Assembly: GCA_965208785.1 (NCBI GenBank)
Contig: OZ242356.1
Location: 1,538,929 to 1,602,928 of the forward strand
Direction of reading: 5' to 3'
Length of the DNA stretch: 64,000 bases
Origin: Acidimicrobiales bacterium
GTDB lineage: Bacteria; Actinomycetota; Acidimicrobiia; Acidimicrobiales; Bin134
The notes beneath the pieces were generated by a model that worked only from the letters and a program-made list of their open reading frames with translations, did no database searches and had not been told where the DNA came from. Positions 17,054 through 30,730 of this stretch are shown one piece after another. Position 1 is the first letter of the stretch. Every line of letters starts with the position of its first letter. Both the position numbers and the translations under genes were made by a program.

Positions 17054-18469
17054 AGGAGAGCGGGCCGAGGTCCGGTCTCCGAAGGCCCGCTCTGAGGCCC
17101 AGTGGCAGTGCAGTTCTCGCTTGGCCCTGGTGATGGCCACGTAGAGCAGACGCCGCTCCTCGGCGACCTCGGCCGCCGTCTGTGCCCGGCTGATGGGCAC
17201 CAGTCCCTGCTCCATGCCGGCCAGATGCACGATGGGCCACTCCAGCCCCTTGGCCGCATGAAACGTGGACACATCCACCGCGTCGGCAACGCTGGGCCGG
17301 GCTGCTCCGGCGCCATGCTCGGTGCGGTGGGAGTCGATGCGAACTCGACAGGGGATCTGCGCTTTGCCCAGCGCAGTGGCCAGCACTGCGATTTGGGCAT
17401 TGGTGCGGGCCAGCACGGCCATCGACGACCATGCCGTCTCGGGGCCCTTGGCGTCGCGCAGGGCTCGAGCTATGGCCAGCGCCTCGTCGAAGTCGTCGGC
17501 ATGGGTGCTCACCGTGGGCCGGGGACCGTCGAGGCTGTGGGCGGTCAGCGAGGCCGACCCCGCCGGCAGCACCGCCCGGCCCGCGGCCAGGATCTGCGGG
17601 CTGGAGCGGTAGTTGTCCACCAGGTCGAGCACCGCGGCATCGGGCAACCAGTCGGTGAACCGCTCGATGTATTCGGAGTCCGCGCCGTTCCATCCGTAGA
17701 TCGCCTGATTGGGATCGCCCACCGCGCACAGGTCGTTGCGGTCGCCCAGCCAGGCTCGGAGCAACTCGAACTGGAGCCGGTTCACGTCCTGGAACTCGTC
17801 GACGAACAGGTGTCGGCAGCTCCAGCGGCGGGCCTCGGCGTATTCGGGGTCGTCGGTCAAGTCCCTCAGGGCCAAGATCAGCAGGTCGTCGAAGTCCACC
17901 ACCCGCCGTTTGGCCTTCTCGCGCTCGTAGTGCTGGTAGACGTCGGCGACGGCGGCATGGTTCATTGCCGTCCAGCGGCCGAAACCGGCAGCCTTTTCGC
18001 GATAGTCGTCGGGGGTGAGGCGGTGCGCCTTGGACCATTCGATTTCGGCCACCGCATCTTGCACCTCGGCCTTGGCCAGACGCAGTCCTGCTTGTTTGGC
18101 CGACCGGGCGACCAGGCCTCGCTTGTCTTGCACTATTTCTGGCGGCCTGACCCCTCCCTCGGCCCAGCGGGTGCGCAACTGGGCATAGGCCGTGCTGTGA
18201 AAGGTGCCCGCTTTCACCGAGCTCCGCAGCCCCAGCCCGGCCAGGCGCTCGCGAAGTTCGTCGGCCGCCTTGCGGGTGAACGTGATTGCCAGGGTGCGCT
18301 TGGGGTCGATGGCGCCGATGCCGGACTGATAGGCGATCCGACGGGTGAGCACCCTGGTCTTGCCGGTGCCTGCCCCGGCGCGGATGCACAGCGGCGTCCC
18401 CGGGGATTCCACCGCGGCCCGCTGCCGCTCGTTCAGCCCCTCCATCACTGGCTCCAAAACCCTCACCAC
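17018..18469 (-). CDS. Short UvrD/PcrA-like superfamily-1 helicase
   Basis: Walker A AGAGTGKT, motif II LFVDEFQDVN, C-terminal UvrD_C-like VSTFHAAKGLEWPIV and LLYVAITRAK. At 483 aa (or 475 aa from ATG 18445) it is far shorter than canonical UvrD. Confidence 0.85.
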   Translation of the reverse strand: MVRVLEPVMEGLNERQRAAVESPGTPLCIRAGAGTGKTRVLTRRIAYQSGIGAIDPKRTLAITFTRKAADELRERLAGLGLRSSVKAGTFHSTAYAQLRTRWAEGGVRPPEIVQDKRGLVARSAKQAGLRLAKAEVQDAVAEIEWSKAHRLTPDDYREKAAGFGRWTAMNHAAVADVYQHYEREKAKRRVVDFDDLLILALRDLTDDPEYAEARRWSCRHLFVDEFQDVNRLQFELLRAWLGDRNDLCAVGDPNQAIYGWNGADSEYIERFTDWLPDAAVLDLVDNYRSSPQILAAGRAVLPAGSASLTAHSLDGPRPTVSTHADDFDEALAIARALRDAKGPETAWSSMAVLARTNAQIAVLATALGKAQIPCRVRIDSHRTEHGAGAARPSVADAVDVSTFHAAKGLEWPIVHLAGMEQGLVPISRAQTAAEVAEERRLLYVAITRAKRELHCHWASERAFGDRTSARSPSPYLNAVLSAV

Positions 18470-18478
18470 CCCAACCTA

Positions 18479-18578
18479 CCGACACCGGTGACAATTGCGA
18501 GGTTCCCTGAATGGGCGTCCAATATCGTCTCTGATCTTGCGAATCCGACACCGGTGACAATTGCGAGGTTCCCTGAAT
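18479..18578. repeat. Perfect 34-bp direct repeat (18479-18512 and 18545-18578, period 66) upstream of the helicase start
   Basis: ccgacaccggtgacaattgcgaggttccctgaat occurs twice. On the coding (minus) strand each copy contains TTGTCACCGGTG. Confidence 0.95.
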
Positions 18579-18589
18579 CCCATCTGAAT

Positions 18590-19867
18590 TCAAGCTGCGC
18601 TGAGCAGTAGGGGTTCGCGGACTCCTAGGGCTCCGGGTGGGGGTTTGTTGTGGTATCCGGTTTGGCAGCAGCTATCGGGGTCGGGGCTGAAGGGGTCGGG
18701 GTCGAGCATGGGTTGGAGCTCGTATTTACCGGTGTTGGGGCATCTGACGACTTTCCAGTTTCGGTCGTGGATGTCGTGGTGGCAGGCGGTGCAGACCAGT
18801 ACGAGGTTGTCGATGCTGGTGGGTCCGCCCCTCTGCCAGGGCACGATGTGGTGGGCTTCGCACCATACGGCGGACTTGCCGCAGCCGATGCAGTGCTTGT
18901 CGCGGATTATGAGCGCGGCCCGCTGTGCTTCGGTGGCCGAGCGGGCGTTGCGGCCCACGTCGAGGGTCTGGAACTTGGTGTCGAAGATGCTGGGCAAGAT
19001 GTCGGCGTCGCAGGCGAGGCGTAAGGTTTCTGCTTTGGTGAGGGGGGTTCCGTCGAGCAGTCGGGCATCGGCGATCTGCTGGTTGATCAGGTCCCAGTTG
19101 GCGGTCAGGATCAGCTTGGCGCCTTGTGGGCGCCGGTTCTCGGCCTCGGCGCAGACTAGGTGTTCCAGGGCGTCGGCCATCCGCTGGGCGAACGTGGTAT
19201 CCGCGGATCCGTCTTGGTTGGAGCGGATTCTGCGTTCCTCGGCGGCCAAGGCGGCTTCGAGCCTGTTGCCTGCCTCGGGATCGAAACGTCCGTACACGTC
19301 GTACATGCCATCTTGTGATGACTTGCGGATGGCGAAGTTGCGCTTTTGGAGTTGCCGGTCCCTCAAAGACCTGCCGCCGTCGGCGGCCTGTTCGATTTGC
19401 TGGTCGCGCACCGTGCGGGCGAACTGCCCGAAGTCTTCGGTCTTGGCCGCCTCTACCAGAGCGGTCTCGTCCACCGGCCCCTCGGAGGCGGCTCGGGCGA
19501 TCAGCCTGGCGTGGTCGGCGGGTATCTCGCCGGCTTGCAGCGCCTCGGCCGTTGCCTCTGCTTTGGATAGCCGCTGGGCGTCGAGCAGCTCCTTGCGGGC
19601 CTGGCTGTTGGATGCGCCCAGGGTTTCCACGGCGGCTTGGCGGGCCGCGCCCTGGCCTGATCGCTCGGACAGCGCCAGCAGCGTCTTGGCTTTCAAGGCC
19701 GAAATGGCCGATGCGGCCCGGCCCAAGACTACGAGGCGCTGAGACAAATCAGACTCGGACAGCGCCGCCAGATCCACCGCGGGAACGCATACCGCAGCCC
19801 CGCACCCAGCATTCCCGCCGGCCGCAGCGCCACTGCTGTTGCCCCTGGTAGAAGACCCTAAATCCAT
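18590..19867 (-). CDS. DUF222/HNH endonuclease (13E12-repeat-like)
   Basis: C-terminal HNH motif CIGCGKSAVWCEAHHIVPWQRGGPTSIDNLVLVCTACHHDIH. The long alpha-helical N-terminal region is as in actinobacterial DUF222 proteins. ATG 19867 (MDLGSS) is preferred over TTG 19897. Confidence 0.85.
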   Translation of the reverse strand: MDLGSSTRGNSSGAAAGGNAGCGAAVCVPAVDLAALSESDLSQRLVVLGRAASAISALKAKTLLALSERSGQGAARQAAVETLGASNSQARKELLDAQRLSKAEATAEALQAGEIPADHARLIARAASEGPVDETALVEAAKTEDFGQFARTVRDQQIEQAADGGRSLRDRQLQKRNFAIRKSSQDGMYDVYGRFDPEAGNRLEAALAAEERRIRSNQDGSADTTFAQRMADALEHLVCAEAENRRPQGAKLILTANWDLINQQIADARLLDGTPLTKAETLRLACDADILPSIFDTKFQTLDVGRNARSATEAQRAALIIRDKHCIGCGKSAVWCEAHHIVPWQRGGPTSIDNLVLVCTACHHDIHDRNWKVVRCPNTGKYELQPMLDPDPFSPDPDSCCQTGYHNKPPPGALGVREPLLLSAA

Positions 19868-19930
19868 GTATGTAACCCTACACCTCACCGGTGACAACTA
19901 CCCCCCGAACAAGCCCGTCCAGCCGCACTA

Positions 19931-19963
19931 TTTCCGAAAAAATCTGGAAATTCTTTTCGGAAA
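19931..19963. terminator. AT-rich hairpin (10-bp stem tttccgaaaa/ttttcggaaa, 13-nt loop)
   Basis: Inverted repeat read directly. It lies between the Type ISP fragment and the HNH gene in an unusually AT-rich 60-nt stretch. Confidence 0.35.
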
Positions 19964-19977
19964 ACCGGCAAGCAGCT

Positions 19978-20661
19978 TCAGTGGGGTGGGGGCAGTGAGG
20001 GTGGGAGGCTGTTGACGGTTCGGGCGGTCTCGGCGGAGATGTGGGTGAGGCGGCGGAGGTGTCGGATGAGGTTGAAGGGCTCGTCGGCCCAGGCGTGCCA
20101 GCCGTTGGGGTTGTCGGTGATGCCGCTGGGCTTGTCGTGTTTGTGGCGGAGGCTGTCGATGGCCCAGTCGAGTGGTGTGCGGCCCGACACGGTGTATTCG
20201 TGAGCCTCCCCGGGAATGTCGATGAGCAGGCAGCGGGGGTTTATCTCCAACGTTGAGCGGTCGGTTTCCTTGCCGTGTTTGGCCCATCGCATCTTCTTGT
20301 CGATGCGGTAGGCGGCGGGGTCGGCTTCGCCCTCGTCGGGCTGGCCGTCCACCAGGCAGACCACGGGGTGCTCGTCGGCGGTCTCGTAGTTGACGTGCGG
20401 GTCCGTGAGCGCCCGGCCCGCGGCCCTGAACGCCTCGAAGTCGGGGGCAAGTGGCACCCTGGGCAGGTTGCGCTGCAAGTCGTGCTGGTATCGCTCCCGC
20501 CAGTCGGGGGCGTGCATCACGCCGTAGAGGTACTCCCAGATGTCGTCTTTGGCGATGTGGCTGCCGTGGCGGGCATGGAACTGCTCCAGGCACCAGTCGG
20601 TGATGTTGTCGGCGTCGGCGGGTTCGGCAATGTCAAGCCCAAGCTTCAGGGTGTCGGTCAT
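19978..20661 (-). pseudogene. Stand-alone C-terminal fragment of a Type ISP / YeeA-like restriction-modification enzyme
   Basis: IWEYLYGVMHAPDWRERYQHDLQRNLPRVPL...AGRAL matches the conserved C-terminal region of Type ISP/N6-methylase fusions, which are normally over 900 aa. Only 227 aa remain, with their own AGGAGG and ATG. Confidence 0.6.
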
Positions 20662-20681
20662 CGGGGCCTCCTAAGTTGGGG

Positions 20682-20960
20682 TTACTGGCGATAGCGAGTG
20701 GCAACCCGGCCGGCAGGGTCCAACGCGTGCAGGTCGGGCAAGAGGTCAATCGCTAGCGCAGCGAACCGGGTGCGGTTCGATGGGCTGCTCAACAGGACCG
20801 CCTCTGCCGGGGGACGGCTCTGGTCTGCTGGCCCGGCCCCATCAAGTGCAGATCGGGCAGCAGCCCCGCCGCCAGCACCCCGAAGATCGCCATATTCAAC
20901 GGCCCTGATATCAAGATTGTTGAGGTGTTTCTGACTCTTCGCGATGGTTTGGGCTGGGTT
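20682..20960 (-). pseudogene. Degenerate, out-of-frame fragments of the same Type ISP gene (two diverged copies of the F..LA..LPDLH motif) plus the decayed transposase tail
   Basis: Minus-strand frames read RFAALAIDLLPDLHALDPAGRVATRY (stop 20682-20684) and IFGVLAAGLLPDLHLMGPGQQTRAVP ~100 nt upstream in another frame. No usable start codon is present. Confidence 0.35.
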
Positions 20961-22100
20961 TCAAGCAGCATGGGGTGGTCGCTGGCCGGTCGGGGTTGGG
21001 GGGCGGCCGGGGTGCTGGGCGATGGGGCACAGGGCCGTGAACCGGCGGGTGTGGTTGGCGCGCGTCTCTGAGCCGTTGTCGGAGGTCGCCAAAAGCAGCG
21101 GCGCGTCCTGGCCGTCGGGGAGTTCGGCGTCGGGGTCGGCGAGGCGGTCTGCGGGGTCGTCGGTGAGGGGCCCCTCGTTTTGCAGCGCGCGGGTGAACAG
21201 GATCCGCGCGGCGACCGTGTCGGGGCTTGGGGCGAGGTGGGCGGCGGCCCATTTTGGGGACACGGCATCGACTATGGCGTAGGCCCGGCGGGCTGTCGTG
21301 CAGCGCCCGAGCTGGGAGGCGTCCCAGCACCACAGCTGGTTCGGCCGCCATTCGCACCAGTCCGGCCGAGGCGCCTTGGGCCTGGGAGCAGGACGGGGCT
21401 CTCCTTTGGGCGCGAGGCCGTGGCGTGCCAGAGCGCGGTCCGCCGTCGAGGGCGACACCCACACCCGCTGTTCGCAGGACCCGCGGTGGGCGAGCCTGCG
21501 GTGCGAGCGGTCTGTGTCGCCCCACTCTTCGAACAGCGCCAAAACCTCGGCCTCCTCCCGCTCCAAGATCCCGTGGACCGGGTTCCCGCCCGGGCGGGCG
21601 TCGTCGAGGCGGCCCCCGGCACGGCGCTGCTGCCAGCGCCGCACCCGGGACCGGTCGATCCCCAAAGCGCCGCAAACCCGGCCCAGCGTCCACCCGGCGT
21701 CAACAGCGCCGCCGACCAGCCCCAACAACGCCGCCTCGGCGGCCCCGCCGGCACGGGAGGGGACAGGGCCGCTCATCCCCAACGCGATTCTCCCCGCAGA
21801 ACCGCCAGCTCCACCGCCAGCTCGACCACCGTGGACTGGAGCCGCCCCCGCCCCGGCGCGCAAAGCCGCCGCCCCCGACGCCTCCTCGCGGGACCGGCGC
21901 GGCCGGCCCGGGACCGGCGCGGCCGGCCCGGCCCCGACGCCTTCAACGCCGCAACAGCCCCATCGCGGGCCACCGCCCGCAACCGGGCAAGCACCGACCG
22001 GCCCCGCCCCCGCCCCCGCCGCCGCGCCGGCCTGGGAGATCTCCCCCGACAGCACCCCCACCCACAAGTCGTACTCCTGCTCCGCCGAAAGAACCCTCAT
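20961..22100 (-). mobile_element. DDE (rve integrase-core) transposase with N-terminal HTH regions, C-terminally degraded (IS remnant)
   Basis: NQLWCWDASQL (first D) and LLATSDNGSE (second D). The ORF then stops at GRPPTPTGQ, just before the expected catalytic E. The likely start is M at 22100 (MRVLSAEQEYDLW). No terminal inverted repeats were identified. Confidence 0.65.
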
Positions 22101-22155
22101 CGGCCTTCGCCGGCCAGAACCCATCGCCGACAGCCCCCAAAACCAAGACCAGCAA

Positions 22156-22169
22156 CCCCCCCCCCCCCC
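22156..22169. repeat. Homopolymer C14
   Basis: Counted directly. It lies in the divergent region between the transposase and the giant surface-protein gene. Confidence 0.95.
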
Positions 22170-22352
22170 ACACACACGCGCTCTGAGAAAACCCGGAAAC
22201 CGTCGCGCGAAATCAGACGCAACACACGAAACCCCGCGCAACTTCGTGGGGTGTTGGCGGGGATCGGCGGGGCTGTGTTGCTTGTGCTGGGGCGGGCGGC
22301 GGGGCTATTGTGTGGCTGTTCAGTGTTGCCCGGCGGTTTTCGAGGAGGCGGG

Positions 22353-27428
<5,076 letters not shown>

Positions 27429-27629
27429 CACCACACCAGTGATGGGTGAACCCCGGCCGGCGCCCTCAACCACCTACTGCAATCCCCCCAACACAAAACG
27501 TTTGCGATAACCGATCGAATCCCGCGGTCCAGACCACGCGGCAGGAATCGCGTATCCATGCGCTCTTCTTTGAGCCTCCGCTGACACGCGGGGTGGGGGT
27601 GGGGTGAGGGGGTTGGCTCTTGTGGGAGG

Positions 27630-27989
27630 ATGGCGGCGATGGTTGCGGTGTCGCGGGAGCGGTTCGAGGAGTTGGTGGCCCGGGCGCTGGACGAGATTCC
27701 CGACGATCTGGGCGAGCTGATGGAGAACGTGGCGGTGCTGGTGGAGGACGAGGGCGAGGATTCCGATGTCTGGGGGCTGTACGACGGGGTGCCGCTCACC
27801 GAGCGAGGCGACTACGGCGGAGGAGAGATGGTGCTGCCCGACCGCATCTACATCTACCGGCTTCCCATCTGCCAGGGATGCGGCACTGAGGCCGAGGTAG
27901 TGGAGGAAGTGCGCGTCACCGTCATCCACGAGGTTGCCCACCACTTCGGCATCGACGACGACCGCCTCGACGAGCTCGGCTGGGCCTGA
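27630..27989 (+). CDS. Small zincin-like metallopeptidase family protein
   Basis: 119 aa with VIHEVAHHFGIDDDRLDELGW (HExxH plus the conserved C-terminal tail of the minimal zincin/DUF1025-type family). Confidence 0.8.
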   Translation: MAAMVAVSRERFEELVARALDEIPDDLGELMENVAVLVEDEGEDSDVWGLYDGVPLTERGDYGGGEMVLPDRIYIYRLPICQGCGTEAEVVEEVRVTVIHEVAHHFGIDDDRLDELGWA

Positions 27990-28062
27990 GGAGGGCTCTT
28001 GGGCTGACCGGCTCGGATAAAACGCGGGTACTGTCCCAGCGGTGAAGACCTCAGGAGGCAGC

Positions 28063-29199
28063 ATGGGACCGCTCAAGGGTATTCGCGTGGTGGAGATCGC
28101 CGGTATCGGTCCGGGGCCGTTCGCGGCCATGATGCTGGCTGATCTGGGTGCTGATGTGGTGCGAGTCGACCGGGCCGACCGGGTTCGCGACGAGGTTCCC
28201 GACACCCCCCATCCCGATCTTTTGAACCGGGGCCGACGCAGCGTGGGCATCGACCTCAAACACCCCGATGGGCCAGAAATCGTGTTGAGTCTGGCGGAGG
28301 GCGCCGACGGGCTGATCGAGGGATTCCGCCCTGGTGTGGCCGAGCGCCTGGGCATCGGCCCCGACGAGTGTCTGGCCCGCAACCCCAAGCTTGTGTACGG
28401 GCGCATGACCGGTTGGGGACAGGACGGCCCCTATTCGTCGATGGCCGGCCATGACATCAACTACATCGCGCTGTCGGGAGTGCTGGGGGCGATCGGCCGG
28501 GAGGGGGAGGCGCCGGTGCCTCCGATGAACGTGGCCGGCGACTTCGGCGGAGGCGGGATGCTGTTGGCCCTCGGGATGCTGGCCGCCATGCTGGAGGCCC
28601 GCACTTCGGGCCGGGGACAGGTGGTGGACGCATCCATGGTGGAGGGTTCTGCCCTGCTCATCACCATGATCTACGGGATGCGCGCCATGGGAGCGTGGGG
28701 GGAGCGGGGCACCAATCTCTTGGACACCGGCGCCTGGTTCTACGACGTCTACGAGTGCGCCGACGGCGAGTACATCTCGCTGGGCGCCCTGGAGCCCCAG
28801 TTCTTCGCCGAGATGGTGGCAAAGACGGGCATCGACGCCGAGGGCATCGACCAGAACGACCGCGCCGCCTGGCCGGAGATGCGAACCCGCCTGGCCGAGG
28901 CGGTCAAAGCCAAGACTCGTGACGAGTGGTGCGAGATCCTCGACGGATCCGACGCCTGCTTCGCCCCGGTTCTCAGCCTGGCCGAGGCCCCGGGGCATCC
29001 CCACAATGAGGCCCGAGGCACGTTTGTGGATGTGGGCGGCGCCCTCCAGCCCGCCCCCGCTCCTCGCTTCAGCCGCACCCCGGCCGAGATCGCCCGTCCC
29101 TCCCCCCACCCCGGCCAGCACACCGCCGAGGCGCTGGCCGACTGGGGTTTCGACGCTGCCGCGGTGGTCGCCCTGCAAGAATCGGGGGTTGTCAAGTAA
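28063..29199 (+). CDS. Family III CoA-transferase (CaiB/BaiF; alpha-methylacyl-CoA racemase-like)
   Basis: GPLKGIRVVEIAGIGPGPFAAMMLADLGADVVRVDR N-terminus. ATG 28063 is preceded by AGGAGG. Confidence 0.85.
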   Translation: MGPLKGIRVVEIAGIGPGPFAAMMLADLGADVVRVDRADRVRDEVPDTPHPDLLNRGRRSVGIDLKHPDGPEIVLSLAEGADGLIEGFRPGVAERLGIGPDECLARNPKLVYGRMTGWGQDGPYSSMAGHDINYIALSGVLGAIGREGEAPVPPMNVAGDFGGGGMLLALGMLAAMLEARTSGRGQVVDASMVEGSALLITMIYGMRAMGAWGERGTNLLDTGAWFYDVYECADGEYISLGALEPQFFAEMVAKTGIDAEGIDQNDRAAWPEMRTRLAEAVKAKTRDEWCEILDGSDACFAPVLSLAEAPGHPHNEARGTFVDVGGALQPAPAPRFSRTPAEIARPSPHPGQHTAEALADWGFDAAAVVALQESGVVK

Positions 29200-29999
29200 T
29201 GGCAACCATGGTGAATTTCCACGCCCATCCCGATGATGAGGCCATCGCCACCTCGGGCACCATGATGAAGGCGGCCGACGACGGCCACCGGGTGGTGCTG
29301 GTGGTGGCCACCAAGGGGGAGCAGGGCGAACCGGTGCCCGGAGCGCTCAGCCCGGGGGAGACGCTGGGAGAGCGCCGAGCAGCAGAGACCCTGGAGGCGG
29401 CGAAGATCATCGGCGCCCACCGGGTGGAGTTCTTGGGCTACGAGGATTCGGGCATGGCCGGCGAGGGGTCCAACAACAATCCCGCCAGCTTCTGGCAGGC
29501 CGACTTTGAAGAGGCGGTGGAGCGGTTGGCCCGCATCCTGGCCGAGGAGTCCGCCGACGTTCTCACCGTGTACGACGACCACGGAGGCTACGGACACCCC
29601 GACCACATCCAAGTTCACCGGGTGGGGGTGGGTGCGGCTCGCAAAGCCGGAGTCGAAAGGGTGTTCTACGCCACCATGAACCGCACCCAGATCCTGCGGC
29701 AGATGGCCGAGGTGGAGTCTTTCGCCGAGGCGATGGAGGACATCGATGTCGAAGGGGCTGAGCGGATCAGAGACGAGGAGTTCGGCACCGAGGAGGCGGA
29801 CATCACCCACGCGGTGGACGTGAGCGCGTATTTGGAGCGCAAGCGGGTCGCCATGCTGGCCCACGCCAGCCAGATCACCGCCGACTCCTTCTTCGGAACC
29901 ATGACCGACGAGCAGTTCGCCGACGCGTTCGGCACCGAGTGGTTTGTGGCCCCCGGACCGCCGCGCACCGGCGACTTCGCCACCGACCTTTTCGGGTGA
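29199..29999 (+). CDS. PIG-L/LmbE-family deacetylase
   Basis: AHPDDE motif near the N-terminus and HPDH in the middle. The start overlaps the preceding stop (TAATG). Confidence 0.8.
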   Translation: MATMVNFHAHPDDEAIATSGTMMKAADDGHRVVLVVATKGEQGEPVPGALSPGETLGERRAAETLEAAKIIGAHRVEFLGYEDSGMAGEGSNNNPASFWQADFEEAVERLARILAEESADVLTVYDDHGGYGHPDHIQVHRVGVGAARKAGVERVFYATMNRTQILRQMAEVESFAEAMEDIDVEGAERIRDEEFGTEEADITHAVDVSAYLERKRVAMLAHASQITADSFFGTMTDEQFADAFGTEWFVAPGPPRTGDFATDLFG

Positions 30000-30382
30000 G
30001 CGCGGGTTCGGGCCTGTTGGCCGCGTCGCTGGCCGGCTTCCACGACTGGTTCTCCTGGGTGGTGATGCTGGCAAACGCCGCCGCCGGGGGATGGGCTCTG
30101 GGCGCCCACTTTCGACCGAAGTTGCGCGGCTGGCCGCTGTGGGCGTTTATCGCCGCAGCTCAATGCACCATCTTCGCCCAGGTGATCGTGGGCGTTGTGT
30201 ACGAAAACCGCTCGGGAGCCGATCCCGGAGACTTGCACCGCCTCTACGGCTTCGCGGCCATTGCCGCTGTGGCCATCGTCTACGCCTATCGAATGCAGTT
30301 CGCCCACCGACGCGAGCTCCTCTACGCCGGCGGCAGCCTCTTCCTGTCCGGCCTGGCCATCCGGGCCATGATCCTCAGCTAG
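29996..30382 (+). CDS. Integral membrane protein (4 predicted helices), function unknown
   Basis: GTG 29996 overlaps the PIG-L stop (GTGA). Hydrophobic segments run throughout. Confidence 0.5.
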   Translation: MSAGSGLLAASLAGFHDWFSWVVMLANAAAGGWALGAHFRPKLRGWPLWAFIAAAQCTIFAQVIVGVVYENRSGADPGDLHRLYGFAAIAAVAIVYAYRMQFAHRRELLYAGGSLFLSGLAIRAMILS

Positions 30383-30401
30383 CCGATGACCCCCAGGCGC
30401 C

Positions 30402-30638
30402 TCAGAGGTTTACGACGGGGCAGGTCAGGGTCCTCGTGATGCCGTCGACCATCTGGATCTGGCTCACCACCAGGCGGCCGAGCTGGTCCATGGATTCGGC
30501 CTCGGCTTTGGCGATCACATCGTATGGGCCGGTCATGATCTCAGAGATCACCACGCCATCGATGTCGCGGATGGCCTCGGCCACCTGACGGGCCTTGTCC
30601 ATTTCGGTTTGGATCAAAACATATGAGCTGACACCCAC
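30402..30638 (-). CDS. Stand-alone Lrp/AsnC-type ligand-binding (RAM) domain protein
   Basis: 78 aa. YVLIQTEMDKARQVAEAIRDIDGVVISEIMTGPYDVIAKAEAES fits the AsnC_trans_reg/RAM pattern. Confidence 0.7.
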   Translation of the reverse strand: MGVSSYVLIQTEMDKARQVAEAIRDIDGVVISEIMTGPYDVIAKAEAESMDQLGRLVVSQIQMVDGITRTLTCPVVNL

Positions 30639-30730
30639 GTGACTGCACCTCCGGTCGGTTGTCCCGCATCGTACTCAAAGCCGCGCTCGAATGGGCTAGC
30701 GAGCCAGGCGAAGCGCAATGATTTAGGCCG

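Noticed and set aside
21180-22352. The 5' 1.17 kb of the 2082-aa track ORF (21180-27428).
   Set aside because: This part is antisense to the DDE transposase and has an Arg/Pro/Gly-rich nonsense-like composition. It precedes the strong GAGGAGG-ATG at 22353 and the signal-like helix. The open frame here is a high-GC artefact.
27508-27535. The sequence gatcgaatcccgcggtccagacca resembles a tRNA T-arm/acceptor 3' end with CCA, which would be a typical att remnant at the right edge of the accessory block.
   Set aside because: I could not fold the upstream 50 nt into a cloverleaf, and the putative T-stem halves do not pair. No matching copy was seen at the left edge (15.1 kb). The resemblance may be chance. 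A tRNA scan or covariance model would settle it.
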